From UHGV virus genome UHGV-0303171: a stretch of 60,072 bases of DNA; one strand, 5' to 3'. Below the pieces are notes generated by a model. That model had not been told where the DNA came from. It saw only the letters and a list, made by a program, of their open reading frames with translations, and made no database searches. Both the position numbers and the translations under genes were made by a program. The stretch is from a virus. This document shows positions 35,603 to 46,358 of the stretch, piece after piece (position 1 is the first letter of the stretch; each line of letters begins with the position of its first letter).

Positions 35603-38600
35603 ATGGGAACAGAGGTTGACTCTCTTGAGGTAAAAGTTGAAGCGTCGGCTAAGTCAGCAAATGCGGAACTCGACAAATTAATTGCAAAAATAAAAGAAGT
35701 AAAGCAAGGACTATCCACTGTTATGGGGAAAGATTTCAGCTTTGATTCTACAAAAAGCTTGGAAAAAGACCTTGATGATATCGCTGATAAAGCAGATTCA
35801 ATCGGGAAGAAAAAAGTCAAGATTGATGTTGACGATAAAAAGGTGAAAAAAGCCGCAAAGTCATATGATGAGCTTCTGGAAAAGTATAAAAATTCCAAAC
35901 TTATGGTTGATTTTAAAGTAAATGACCTTGGAGTAAAAGAACTTGCGAAAATGCAAGAAAATATTTCCAAAAAGCTTAAAAACACGATGCAAGGCATTAA
36001 CGACACAATGGAAAGAAAAGGGACTTCTTTTATCTCCGGTGATGCTTGGGAAAAACAGATTCAAAAGGCTCAGCAGTATAAGAATCTTTTGAATGAGATT
36101 AGAGGAGATCGCGGTTTATCTCCTGTTAGTCCAAGCGAACCTAAAACGAGACAAGTATCTTCTAGAATTGTTCAAGACAAAGACAAAGGAATTGCTGAAG
36201 AAGCAAAAGAAGCGTCTAATCTTTCAAAGATTCTTTCCGGCACTCAGAAAGTTTCAAAATCTCTTTCCAATACGTTTGGAAAGATGGGAAAAACAGTTAG
36301 TGGCGTAGTCTCTAAGGCAAAAGATCTCAAGAATTTGATTACCAGAACAAACAAATCTGGTGGTCAAATGTCAATGGGAAGAATGCTTGGAATGTCACTT
36401 GTATTTTCCACTGTATTTTCAGCATTAAGCGCAATAAACAATGCAATCAAGGAAGGTTCAAACAACCTTGTTCAATACAGTTCTGATTACAATAAGAGTA
36501 TTTCGGGTATTGTCACATCTCTTCTGTATTTGAAGAATGCATGGGCGGCGGCTTTTGCTCCGATTATCAATGTAGTCGGACCGTATATTTCCGCATTTAT
36601 TGATATGCTCGCCAATGCAATGAATAAGGTCGCGCAGTTCATGGCTGTCTTAACTGGAAAAACAGCAGTGGTGCAAGCAAAAAAAGCATGGAAAGACTAC
36701 GGAAAAACACTCACATCCACTGGAAGTAGTGCTAAAAAAGCTGGAAGTGATGCGGCAAAAGCAGCAAAAGACCTTGAGAACTATACTCTTGGAATTGATG
36801 AACTAAATGTAATTCAGCCGACAAGCTCAAGTTCAAGTGGTGGCTCTGACGGAAGTTCCGGTGCTTATACGGGACCAGATGTTTCTGAAATGTTTGAGAC
36901 AACTGAACCGACTAAAGCTATTTCTGATTATGCTAAACGGCTCAGAGAAGCGTTCAAAGCTCAAGATTGGACTTCTCTAGGCTCAATCATGGCAGATGGC
37001 GTAAATGCCGGAATGCAGAAATTATATGACATATTTGACTGGAATAAGCATGGGGAAAAGATAACTTATTTCTGCAATGCTTTTACCACAACAATGAATA
37101 GCCTTGTTGACAATATTGAATGGCCGTTAATGGGAGCTACTGTTGCTGCCGGAGTGAATACGGTGTTCAATACTGCACAGCTTTTGATTACAGGATTTAA
37201 CTGGACGAATCTTGGAACTGGAATCGGAACAGCTATTTCAACAGGAATTCAAAACATTGACTGGGGAACGATAGGATACACTCTTGGAGCGTATTTTATG
37301 ATTTCTTGGAACACTCTTGTCGGTGTACTGAGAGAGCTTAAAGGTGAAGACATTGGAATGGCGTTGGCTAATGCCTTTAACGGCGCACTGGACTCAATCA
37401 ATATTGGAACAATCGGAGAATCCATCGGAAGAATGGTTGCTCTTGTAATAGAGTCAATTAGAACATTTATTCAGAATGCCAATTGGAAAGAACTTGGATC
37501 ACAGATTATTGATGGAATAAAGAATGCTTTCAAGTTTGCTTCTGACGGTGGTGAAAATACAGGAATACTTGCATCCGTTATTGGAATCGGAGCAACAGGT
37601 GAAATCACAAAGAAAATAGCTGAAATTCTTCCAAAATTAGATGGAATGGCAGAAAAATTCAATAAAATAAAGGAAGTAGCAGGAAAGTTAAACTTTAAAT
37701 CTCTTATTACATTATCTCCAACAACTTTATTGATTGTTGCCGGAATTACAATTTTAGCTGCTGAACTCATGGACTTGTGGAAAACTTCTGAGGGATTCAG
37801 AGATGCTGTAAAAAATGCTGTTAGTGAAATTGGAAGTGCTTTTTCTTATGCGAAAAAAGAAATTTGGGATAACGGATTTAAACCGCTTTGGGAGAATCTA
37901 AAAGAACTGTTTAATTCTATTTACGATTTATATGAATCAAGTGGAGCGAAAGAGCTGTTCGAATCAACAATGATTGCCGCAGTAAAAGCAATCGGAGCAG
38001 TGCTTTCCATAATAATAAAAAGAATAGCACAAGTTGTTTCTACTATTACCGGAATGGTGAGTGGAGCGATAGAGATAATCCAAGGTTTAATTACATTTGT
38101 GACAGGTGTATTTACTGGAGATTGGGGAAAGGCTTGGAAAGGAGTAGAAGATATTGCGCTTGGATTTAAGCAATATATTTCATCTTTATTCCAATTGCTT
38201 TTCGGAACAATTACAGCGATTTTCTCACCAATTGCTCAGTGGTTTTCGAAAAAATTTCAAGCTGCTAGAGACGGTGTAACAAATGCATTTTCAGATGTTG
38301 GAAAATGGTTCTCAGCTAAGAGTACAGACATCCAAAATGGAATGAAGAGCATAAGTTCTTGGTTTGGAACGAAGTTTAGAAGCGCACGTTCATTGACAAA
38401 TGCAGCATTTTCAAACATCGGTTCTTGGTTCGGTCAAAAACGTGAGGATATCAAGTCAAATATTGAGCCGATTGGTCAGTGGTTCAAGGATATTTTTAAG
38501 TCTGCCTATAACGGAATTACTTCAATTTTTGACAAGATTGGTGGGTACTTCGACAATGTAGCAGGTTGGATAAAATCACCTGTTTTAGGCGCAGTTAAAG

Positions 38601-39826
38601 CAATCGCTAATGCTGTGAACTGGGTTTACGAGAAATTAGGTGGAGACGGCGATCTGATTAACGTCTCTGTACTTGATAAATATGCAAGCGGTACAAACGG
38701 AGTAGCGAGAGATTCATTTGGCGTTGTCAATGATCAGCCGGGAAATACATACAGAGAGCTTGTCCAGTATCCGAACGGACAGACTGTAATTCCAACAGGA
38801 AGAAACGTGGTTCTGCCTATGCCAAAAGGTACAAAGGTAATGCCAGCAGGTCAAACAGCAGCATTGATGGGAATTACTGGCGTGAAGAAGTATAAATCTG
38901 GAATTGGTAACTTCTTTGGAAATACAGTAGACAAAATTACTGATATTGCAAGTAACATTTTCAGCTATATCAAAGACCCGAAGAAGCTTCTTCAAGCGGC
39001 GATTGATAAATTCACAGATTTGACAGGAGCGCTTGAGCCTGGAATTACACTTGCGAAGACGGCAGTTAATTCACTGTTTGAAACAGCAGTTTCCAAAATC
39101 AAAGGATTCTTTGACAGTTTCGGTGCTGTTGATTACAAACCATCTGCCGGAGTGGAGCAGTGGAGAGGACTCGCGAAACAAGCTCTTTTACTGACAAATC
39201 AGTTCAGCGAATCCAATCTGAATGCCTTGTTAACTCAGATGATGCATGAGTCGGGTGGAAATCCGAACGCTATCAACAACTGGGATATCAACGCAATCAG
39301 AGGTATTCCGTCAAAAGGACTGATGCAGGTAATTGACCCGACATTCCGTGCAAATGCGATGGCTGGATTCAATACAAACATTTACGATCCACTGTCAAAC
39401 ATGATCGCTGCTATCAATTACACAGTCAAAAGATACGGAAGTCTGTACGCTGGATGGACTGCCCGTGGATACAAAGGATACGCAAACGGTATCGGTACAT
39501 TTAAGCTGTCTGATGTGGTCGGGAAATATTCTGTAGGTGGATTCCCTCAGAATGGTGAGCTGTTTGTAGCGAATGAAAAAGCACCTGAATACGTTGGAAG
39601 AATGGGAAATAGAAATGTGGTTGCCAATAACAATCAGATTGTGACCGGAGTATCCAACGGAGTTGCAGAAGCAAATAAAAATACAGAAAGACTTTTACAG
39701 AAGCTAATCGAGCAGAATGAGAGACTTCTTAGAAAGAATACATCACTGATGATGAACAGCAAGAAAGTAAATAAGGAACTGTCAAGGGGAAGTAGAAACT
39801 CAGGATACAGTTTCAGTACAACATAG
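35603..39826 (+). CDS. tail tape measure protein with C-terminal lytic transglycosylase (SLT) domain
   Basis: 1407 aa with long helical repeats. The SLT motifs are MMHESGGNPNAINNW and GLMQVIDPTF near residues 1200-1300. Confidence 0.9.
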   Translation: MGTEVDSLEVKVEASAKSANAELDKLIAKIKEVKQGLSTVMGKDFSFDSTKSLEKDLDDIADKADSIGKKKVKIDVDDKKVKKAAKSYDELLEKYKNSKLMVDFKVNDLGVKELAKMQENISKKLKNTMQGINDTMERKGTSFISGDAWEKQIQKAQQYKNLLNEIRGDRGLSPVSPSEPKTRQVSSRIVQDKDKGIAEEAKEASNLSKILSGTQKVSKSLSNTFGKMGKTVSGVVSKAKDLKNLITRTNKSGGQMSMGRMLGMSLVFSTVFSALSAINNAIKEGSNNLVQYSSDYNKSISGIVTSLLYLKNAWAAAFAPIINVVGPYISAFIDMLANAMNKVAQFMAVLTGKTAVVQAKKAWKDYGKTLTSTGSSAKKAGSDAAKAAKDLENYTLGIDELNVIQPTSSSSSGGSDGSSGAYTGPDVSEMFETTEPTKAISDYAKRLREAFKAQDWTSLGSIMADGVNAGMQKLYDIFDWNKHGEKITYFCNAFTTTMNSLVDNIEWPLMGATVAAGVNTVFNTAQLLITGFNWTNLGTGIGTAISTGIQNIDWGTIGYTLGAYFMISWNTLVGVLRELKGEDIGMALANAFNGALDSINIGTIGESIGRMVALVIESIRTFIQNANWKELGSQIIDGIKNAFKFASDGGENTGILASVIGIGATGEITKKIAEILPKLDGMAEKFNKIKEVAGKLNFKSLITLSPTTLLIVAGITILAAELMDLWKTSEGFRDAVKNAVSEIGSAFSYAKKEIWDNGFKPLWENLKELFNSIYDLYESSGAKELFESTMIAAVKAIGAVLSIIIKRIAQVVSTITGMVSGAIEIIQGLITFVTGVFTGDWGKAWKGVEDIALGFKQYISSLFQLLFGTITAIFSPIAQWFSKKFQAARDGVTNAFSDVGKWFSAKSTDIQNGMKSISSWFGTKFRSARSLTNAAFSNIGSWFGQKREDIKSNIEPIGQWFKDIFKSAYNGITSIFDKIGGYFDNVAGWIKSPVLGAVKAIANAVNWVYEKLGGDGDLINVSVLDKYASGTNGVARDSFGVVNDQPGNTYRELVQYPNGQTVIPTGRNVVLPMPKGTKVMPAGQTAALMGITGVKKYKSGIGNFFGNTVDKITDIASNIFSYIKDPKKLLQAAIDKFTDLTGALEPGITLAKTAVNSLFETAVSKIKGFFDSFGAVDYKPSAGVEQWRGLAKQALLLTNQFSESNLNALLTQMMHESGGNPNAINNWDINAIRGIPSKGLMQVIDPTFRANAMAGFNTNIYDPLSNMIAAINYTVKRYGSLYAGWTARGYKGYANGIGTFKLSDVVGKYSVGGFPQNGELFVANEKAPEYVGRMGNRNVVANNNQIVTGVSNGVAEANKNTERLLQKLIEQNERLLRKNTSLMMNSKKVNKELSRGSRNSGYSFSTT

Positions 39827-39839
39827 GAGGTGCTAGGAT

Positions 39840-40229
39840 ATGTCAATTAAATTGAGTGATTTCATCATTGTAAATGGTCATCAATATCCGGCACCGAAAT
39901 ATTATCCGAATTTTCAAGTTACGACTGCTACAAATGCTGCGAGAAATGCGGCAAATAAAGTAGTCGGACAGAAAATCGGTCGTGATAACTATAAGATAGA
40001 TTCATTGGAGTGGCCGTACTTAGATGCGGAAACTTGGTCAACAATACTACAAGAGTTTGATAAGAATTTCTTTAGTAGTGTCCGATTTTGGGATATGGTA
40101 AATAATAAGTGGCGTACATTAACAATGTATTGCGGAGACAGGACGGCAGATGTGTTCAAGATAGACTCATCCGGCCGTCCTCTTGCGTATATCAACTGTA
40201 AAATGAATCTGATTGATGCGGGGTGGTAG
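39840..40229 (+). CDS. tail component protein (hypothetical)
   Basis: 129-aa ORF immediately after the TMP gene. Confidence 0.5.
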   Translation: MSIKLSDFIIVNGHQYPAPKYYPNFQVTTATNAARNAANKVVGQKIGRDNYKIDSLEWPYLDAETWSTILQEFDKNFFSSVRFWDMVNNKWRTLTMYCGDRTADVFKIDSSGRPLAYINCKMNLIDAGW

Positions 40230-42474
40230 GATGTATGAAGTATCAGATGCATATAGAGAATCAATGAAAAATCCGCTGAGAAATGCTTCTCACATGAAAG
40301 TAACACTCGGCGTTATAAATGATACAGCACAGAGTCAGGCATTGCTGAGTGATCAAAGCCAGTATGCCGGATTTTCTGATTTTGATGGAGTGTTTGAACA
40401 GAAAGAAGTTCAAAATCAATATGCAACATATGAGAATAATTTTTGGCTGCTAGATGGATCCATGAGATTTCTCCCGGATGCAGCATCTCAGTATGAACCT
40501 GTTGGAATCGTATCGAAGGATCTGTTTTTGAGCAGTTTCTCGGTGAAAATGACATTTCAAGAGAATGTTGACATTGCCGGATTAACTATAAAGTTTGCCG
40601 GGAATTATCCTAGCAAATTTAGCATAATTACATCTGACGGAACATCAAAGAACTATTCAAACAGCAGCTTGAACTTTACGACAGATGATAGATTCGATAA
40701 CACAACTTCTCTTGAGATAAAAGTCGCTGAAATGTCTGCTACAAACAATCGTGTGCGTATTGAGAGCATTTTATTTGGCAATGCGGTAGTTTTTACAGAT
40801 AATGACATAATCAACGCAGAATCGGCTTCTACGATGTCGCAGATCAATGAGGACTTGCCTGAGATTAACTTCACGCTTACTCTTGATAATAACGATAAGA
40901 AATTCGATTACGACAATAAGGAATCAATTATCAATTATCTAAGGACAGGACAGGATGTAGTTGTTCAGATGGGATATGACCTTGATGATGAAACAACAGA
41001 GTGGATTTTGTTGCATACATTAAAGCTGAGTGAGTGGTCAGCCAGTGACGAAGAAGCGAGCATTAAAGCCGTAGACGTTCTTCAACAGTTCGGTGATGGT
41101 GACTATTACCGTGGAGACTGGCACGCAAAAGGAATTACACTGTATGCTTTGGCAAATTATGTAATTGCTGATGCAATCGGTACTTATTCGATTCCTCAAG
41201 ACAAGTTTTTTATTGACAAATACTTAAAGTCAGTAGAGGTCAGAAACCCTATTCCATTAGTGTCGCACAAAGAAGCATTGCAAATTATTGCTAATGCAGG
41301 AAGATGCGTTTTGACTGTGGATAGTTATGGAAAAATCTATATCAAGTCGGCATTTGACCCGGATGCAGAAACAACTTCTACTAAGACAACTTATTTTTCA
41401 GATGTATCAAATGTAAACGTTGATAGTGCAAAGATAAGGTACGCAACTTATGAAAATTTTAGATGGACATTAAAAGACAGACCTCCTTTCTTGCCGAGAA
41501 GTGGGGTAAGGGATGATGTTGGTTTTGTAAGTAATGATTTATACAAAAGCCCTGGAGGCTTCGACACAAATCCTCAGATAATTAAGAGATTCGAAGTTCC
41601 AAGAAAGAGTAATGGATTAAAAATTAAGGTTTATCACAATTTCCCTAAAAACATGAGCGTAAAAACTTTTCTAAATGATAAACTTGTGGAGACAATTGGT
41701 TTTTCAGACGGAGAGGTTACATACGATGGTAAAATAAATATTTGGACTACTAAGCATCAATTCAGTACATTTGACAGAATGGTGTTTGAGGTTGAAAAAA
41801 TCAATACAAGCAATGTGCGACTTGTTGTTGATTATATGGAACTTGGAGAAAACATTGATTACACGATTGAAAGAGATGACATGTATTCCAGTCCGACTAT
41901 GAGTAAGCCGGAGAATATCAAGCGGTTAAAGAATGTCAGAACTGTCTATTCAAAATCCGATACATTTGAAGAAATAGTTAGCGAAGATGTTGAGTGGACG
42001 AATGAAGTTCTTCTGTATACATTTGACGAACCACATCATTCTTATACGGCTTCCATTGAGAACCAAGCAGACGGTCAAAGTGTTGAGATTTCGGACAGTG
42101 GAGCATACTTTGTTGAACTTAAACTTAGCGGAAATGACAGAGGAAAGAAGGTCCAAGTCATCGTTAACGGTAAAAAATTCAATCAGTCAAACGCTTATTC
42201 CGTTGCGGAAATCAGCAATTACGGTGTTGAAAAAGATTGGAGCAATCCGCTGATTTCGGATAAGGAACTCTGTGATAAAGTCTGCAAATGGATAGCTGAT
42301 TATTACAATCCAGGCATTGATTACTCTATCGATTACCGTGGAGAACCGGCACTTGATGCAGGAGACACAATCTATCAAGAAAATCGTGACGGAGAAATGG
42401 TTAAGACGGTAGCGGAAAGCGTGTCGATGACATATGACGGAACTGTAAGTGGAACACTTGAAACTAGGAGGTGA
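40213..42474 (+). CDS. large tail or baseplate protein (Dit/Tal-like position)
   Basis: 753 aa, second gene after the TMP gene. Confidence 0.45.
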   Translation: MMRGGRMYEVSDAYRESMKNPLRNASHMKVTLGVINDTAQSQALLSDQSQYAGFSDFDGVFEQKEVQNQYATYENNFWLLDGSMRFLPDAASQYEPVGIVSKDLFLSSFSVKMTFQENVDIAGLTIKFAGNYPSKFSIITSDGTSKNYSNSSLNFTTDDRFDNTTSLEIKVAEMSATNNRVRIESILFGNAVVFTDNDIINAESASTMSQINEDLPEINFTLTLDNNDKKFDYDNKESIINYLRTGQDVVVQMGYDLDDETTEWILLHTLKLSEWSASDEEASIKAVDVLQQFGDGDYYRGDWHAKGITLYALANYVIADAIGTYSIPQDKFFIDKYLKSVEVRNPIPLVSHKEALQIIANAGRCVLTVDSYGKIYIKSAFDPDAETTSTKTTYFSDVSNVNVDSAKIRYATYENFRWTLKDRPPFLPRSGVRDDVGFVSNDLYKSPGGFDTNPQIIKRFEVPRKSNGLKIKVYHNFPKNMSVKTFLNDKLVETIGFSDGEVTYDGKINIWTTKHQFSTFDRMVFEVEKINTSNVRLVVDYMELGENIDYTIERDDMYSSPTMSKPENIKRLKNVRTVYSKSDTFEEIVSEDVEWTNEVLLYTFDEPHHSYTASIENQADGQSVEISDSGAYFVELKLSGNDRGKKVQVIVNGKKFNQSNAYSVAEISNYGVEKDWSNPLISDKELCDKVCKWIADYYNPGIDYSIDYRGEPALDAGDTIYQENRDGEMVKTVAESVSMTYDGTVSGTLETRR

Positions 42475-42478
42475 TAGT

Positions 42479-42889
42479 ATGGCATCATTTTCAAAGCCAT
42501 ACACGAAGTGGACAGGAAACTCATTTTTTACTCATACTGACTACAACAGAATCAAGAACAACATACAATATCTGATCGACTTGTCTTTTGAATTGTTTCC
42601 TGAATACGAATATGAGGATATGGGTAACGATAAGACATATTCCGATTTCCCGTATGCAGATGAATTCAATCTGATTGAATTGAACTTGAAGCTTTTACAT
42701 GACAAGTCGTTCGGTTTTGTAAAATACACATTCTCAGACATGAAGAACTGGTATCCAAATCAGCAGACACCGTCTTATGAGGATATGAACAGATATGAAC
42801 AGATGACTGTTGATTACTACAATGGTTTGAACAGCATCAAGAAAAACAAGAACAAGCTCGGTGATATCAAGCTTGGAATGAAGTTATAG
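42479..42889 (+). CDS. hypothetical tail-module protein
   Basis: ATG 42479 follows an AGGAGGTGA RBS. Confidence 0.5.
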   Translation: MASFSKPYTKWTGNSFFTHTDYNRIKNNIQYLIDLSFELFPEYEYEDMGNDKTYSDFPYADEFNLIELNLKLLHDKSFGFVKYTFSDMKNWYPNQQTPSYEDMNRYEQMTVDYYNGLNSIKKNKNKLGDIKLGMKL

Positions 42890-42900
42890 GAGGTTTCATC

Positions 42901-43395
42901 ATGGCATTAAGAACTGATTTTAAGGACAGCGTATTGAAAGACACAACTGGAAATAAGAAATACAAAATGACGAACAACAGCGACAATACAGTTTCTTTCA
43001 CTGATGTTACTGAGTACTCTCAAGAAGGTAGCTCCTATGGAGCAAAAGAAATTATTGAAGAAAGGGAAGCTATTAACTCTGTTATAGTGCCTAAAACAAG
43101 AACTGTCGAGGGTAGCTATCTGACTTGTGACGTTGCGGAAGCAGGAGCTGTAACATGGTTTAGAATTTCTAGTAATACGACATCAAAACTTACAAACGGA
43201 ACCGAATATAAACCGTTTACTGTGACGCCAGCGCCTCTGTTCGGAGTATTCCGCAGGATCTACATCACTGATTCTCTCGGTTTTATTTTCAAAATCACAA
43301 CCAGCGGACAAGTTAGTATCACTCCATTCAACGGAGATATTCCAGTTGGAACAGGAATTAATGTGTCTGAATTCTTTATGACATCGATGGAGTGA
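42901..43395 (+). CDS. hypothetical tail-module protein
   Basis: 164-aa ORF with a GGAGG RBS. Confidence 0.5.
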   Translation: MALRTDFKDSVLKDTTGNKKYKMTNNSDNTVSFTDVTEYSQEGSSYGAKEIIEEREAINSVIVPKTRTVEGSYLTCDVAEAGAVTWFRISSNTTSKLTNGTEYKPFTVTPAPLFGVFRRIYITDSLGFIFKITTSGQVSITPFNGDIPVGTGINVSEFFMTSME

Positions 43396-43399
43396 TGTT

Positions 43400-43711
43400 A
43401 TGAGAACATTAAAATTCAACGTAAAAGAGCAGAGGATAGAGAAAGCAAAGAACTGTGATTTTAGTGATATCGCAAGAGGGACAACGGGATATTTGAAAGC
43501 ACAGTTTTCTTTTTCCTCTGATTGGAACGGATACGCAAAGGTAGCTGTTTTCAATGATGCATGGGACAAAGTAGAAGAGTGCAGACCGATTATCGGCAAC
43601 GAGTGCGAAATCCCGTCAAAAGTTCTTGACAGCATCTCATTCAAAGTAAGGGTTATAGGCGTATCTGAGGGAAGAAGACTCACCACGAACAGAACGGAGG
43701 TGGATCAGTGA
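43400..43711 (+). CDS. hypothetical tail-module protein
   Basis: 103-aa ORF. Confidence 0.5.
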   Translation: MRTLKFNVKEQRIEKAKNCDFSDIARGTTGYLKAQFSFSSDWNGYAKVAVFNDAWDKVEECRPIIGNECEIPSKVLDSISFKVRVIGVSEGRRLTTNRTEVDQ

Positions 43712-44283
43712 CAGAGCAAGAAGCATTAGCTGTAGCACTGGCAGAACAGGAGCTTGTAAAGCCAGTCAATGACATTTTTATGATTGACCCTGAGACAAGG
43801 ACGATTAATGTACCGGACTCAGAAAGACTTTTCGGTGTGCAGTCAGATGAAAAGGCTGAAAGAAAGTATTTCAAGTGTCCGAAAATCGTTGGAAACAACA
43901 TCAATCTTGCGACCATGAATCTGTACATCAACTACAAAAGTCCGAATCAAGCAGATGAAGAGGGAGACTCCTACATTGTACAAGATGTTGTGACAAGCGG
44001 AGACTACATCACATTCTCTTGGATTCTTGGTCGAAATGTAACAAAATATACAGACGGAATTCACTTCTCTTTCTGCGCCAAAAAGTCAAACTCAGACGGC
44101 ACTCTTACGACAGAGTGGAACACAACATGGGCTGAGGGAGAAGTCCTTGAGGGATTGGAAACTACTCAGCAGATCGCGGAAAAGAACAAGGATTTAATTG
44201 AGCAGCTATTGAACACCTACGATTCCAAAGTTGCTGTGAAGTTGGAATTCGACCCGGCAACCCGTGGCATATCTATTATTTAA
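43708..44283 (+). CDS. hypothetical tail-module protein (C-terminus ATRGISII)
   Basis: GTG start after a GGAGGTG RBS, 191 aa. Confidence 0.5.
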   Translation: MTEQEALAVALAEQELVKPVNDIFMIDPETRTINVPDSERLFGVQSDEKAERKYFKCPKIVGNNINLATMNLYINYKSPNQADEEGDSYIVQDVVTSGDYITFSWILGRNVTKYTDGIHFSFCAKKSNSDGTLTTEWNTTWAEGEVLEGLETTQQIAEKNKDLIEQLLNTYDSKVAVKLEFDPATRGISII

Positions 44284-44295
44284 GGATGGAGAATT

Positions 44296-44463
44296 ATGGC
44301 ATTGAAAGCAGAAGATGTATTGGCGATTGTCAATGGAAAAATAAAGAATCCTGTCACTCAAGAACAAGTGACAACAGCTGTTAATGAGTATCTAAAAGAA
44401 AATCCAGTTACCGCAGGAACAGCAACATACAACACAGAGACAAGAGGAATCACGATTGAGTAA
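44296..44463 (+). CDS. hypothetical small protein (C-terminus ETRGITIE)
   Basis: 55-aa ORF after a GGAGAA RBS. It shares the C-terminal TRGI[ST]I motif with the previous ORF. Confidence 0.35.
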   Translation: MALKAEDVLAIVNGKIKNPVTQEQVTTAVNEYLKENPVTAGTATYNTETRGITIE

Positions 44464-44474
44464 GGAGGTACGAC

Positions 44475-44735
44475 ATGGCAACGAGTGATATTGGAAAAGC
44501 TGCATTTTTAAATGTAAAGAACAAAGACACGGGTGAAATCGAAAAGAAAACGCTAATCCCTCCAGCTCCGTCTGATGGGGATTTAGGAGGAATTTCAGAA
44601 GAAGAGCTGGTGCAGATCACAAAAAACAAAGAAAAAATCAGTTCACTAAATGAAGAAAAGGCGAATGGCAAAGGAATCTCATTCTCAATCAACGAATCAG
44701 GTGGACTTAGAGTAACTTATGATGATGGCAAATAG
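44475..44735 (+). CDS. hypothetical protein
   Basis: 86-aa ORF with an AAGGAGG RBS. Confidence 0.45.
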   Translation: MATSDIGKAAFLNVKNKDTGEIEKKTLIPPAPSDGDLGGISEEELVQITKNKEKISSLNEEKANGKGISFSINESGGLRVTYDDGK

Positions 44736-44747
44736 GAGGGCATAAGC

Positions 44748-46262
44748 ATGGCACAGGCATCTGTAGATATTGCTATGGAAAGTACATCTCAGGAGATTCT
44801 TGAGATGTGCAAAATTATCCGCACGATGGTGACGGATGTAGAAAAATTCGACTGGAAAAACTTCTGGGCGAATATGGCAACAGGAGAGCTGTTCTCCACA
44901 AAATTCTATAATTACGAAAGCTCAACGAATCCAGCCGGAGAAAAACTGAACGCTTCAAAAGGACTGGTTGCAGTTCCTTCCACAGACAAGGTTAAGAATC
45001 AGGATGATTTCGCTGGAAGAAATGCTTTCAATTACATTGACTGTAATTTCACCGTGACTGATTCGGGCGACAAGATTCCAGTTGCAATCAAAGGCGGTAA
45101 TGGATTTTTCAATACAGGAAAGGTCGATGTAGGAATCATGACTCCACCTACTTATTGGGGCAAGGAAGAATTTGACGGATATTACATCATTCATTTTTCT
45201 GATACGCCGCATCCGGAAGTTGGCTGCACCATTCCAACTCCGTGGACAGATGAGAATCTTGGATATGGCATGGTCACAAAGTATTATGCCGGATTGATTG
45301 ACGGAATCGCATACAGTTCTTCCGGGAACGCGATTTACAATTTTGTTTCTGCGCAGTTAGCAATCGATGAGCTGAAAAAGAAAGGCGCTGGATATGTCGG
45401 TTCAGGTTCGGAGCGTACTGCATATCTGCTCTGTATGCTGTGGATTAAGTATGCAACAAAGAATAGTCAGAAATATTTCAAAGGTTGTACCGAGACTGGT
45501 GGACATCAGTACAAAGTTGCTGAAGCTGGCGAGAACGTAAATTACGTGGCGATTACAACAGCTCAGGCGAAGAACTTCTATGTAGGAGAAACTGTATCAA
45601 TCGGTACTCCGGGAGCTAATAACAATGTTGACCGTGGACAGGCAAGCATGAATGCAATTGCAAAGAATGTGAGAATTACAGCGATCGAATCTATTGCGGG
45701 TACAGCAAACAGCAAGGTCTACGTTGAAAAGACTGGCATGACAATCACTGCGGATACTTACATTTCATCAATGCCACTTCACTCAGGTACAACAGATGAA
45801 GTGCTTGGAGCTGACGGATACATTTCCAATGACGGCAAGCACGCATTCAAGCTTGGTGGTATCGAGGAGGGTGTTGGAGCTAACTTCATCTCCATGAATG
45901 AGTTATGGAATAAAACCACAGCCAGTATGGTTGACTATTATGTGCGTCCAAAAGGCGTGGATTGGTCTGCGACAGCTTCAGGATGGAAGAAAGTTGTTAC
46001 AGTGGATTTGATTGACTCCAATGACTGTTGGATTGGAGATATCGACATTGACCTTGAGACTGGCGTTGATTATCTAAAAACGATTGGAACTGGTGATTCT
46101 GTTGGTGTCGGAGACAGACTCTATAAAGGCGGTACCGGCACTGGTTACAGAATGGCTTTGAAGCGTGGGAGTCTCAGGCTTGGCGGGCATGGCGGTTTCT
46201 GCTACTCGTATCTCTGGAACGTGGTCTCTGGGGCGTATTGGTACTGCGCCTTCTGCGTTTAG
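44748..46262 (+). CDS. DGR target protein: tail-fibre or receptor-binding-like protein with the variable repeat in its last 33 codons
   Basis: 504 aa, last gene of the tail module. The 3' 98 bp (VR) are 84 of 98 identical to the downstream TR, and all 14 differences fall at TR adenines. Confidence 0.7.
   Translation: MAQASVDIAMESTSQEILEMCKIIRTMVTDVEKFDWKNFWANMATGELFSTKFYNYESSTNPAGEKLNASKGLVAVPSTDKVKNQDDFAGRNAFNYIDCNFTVTDSGDKIPVAIKGGNGFFNTGKVDVGIMTPPTYWGKEEFDGYYIIHFSDTPHPEVGCTIPTPWTDENLGYGMVTKYYAGLIDGIAYSSSGNAIYNFVSAQLAIDELKKKGAGYVGSGSERTAYLLCMLWIKYATKNSQKYFKGCTETGGHQYKVAEAGENVNYVAITTAQAKNFYVGETVSIGTPGANNNVDRGQASMNAIAKNVRITAIESIAGTANSKVYVEKTGMTITADTYISSMPLHSGTTDEVLGADGYISNDGKHAFKLGGIEEGVGANFISMNELWNKTTASMVDYYVRPKGVDWSATASGWKKVVTVDLIDSNDCWIGDIDIDLETGVDYLKTIGTGDSVGVGDRLYKGGTGTGYRMALKRGSLRLGGHGGFCYSYLWNVVSGAYWYCAFCV
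46163..46260 (+). repeat. DGR variable repeat (VR)
   Basis: Ungapped match to TR at an offset of 196 bp. The mismatches are only A-to-N. Confidence 0.8.
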
Positions 46263-46358
46263 TTCCTACCACCTTTCAGGGGTGAATTTTTTCGCAGAAA
46301 AAAGAGGGGCTCTTCCCCTTAATTAAGTTGAAGAGAAAATACAGGACTTGTCGTGCTG

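Noticed and set aside
35575-36006. Minus-strand ORF inside the tape-measure gene
   Set aside because: It is the antisense frame of a 1407-aa gene with clear domain content, so it is spurious.
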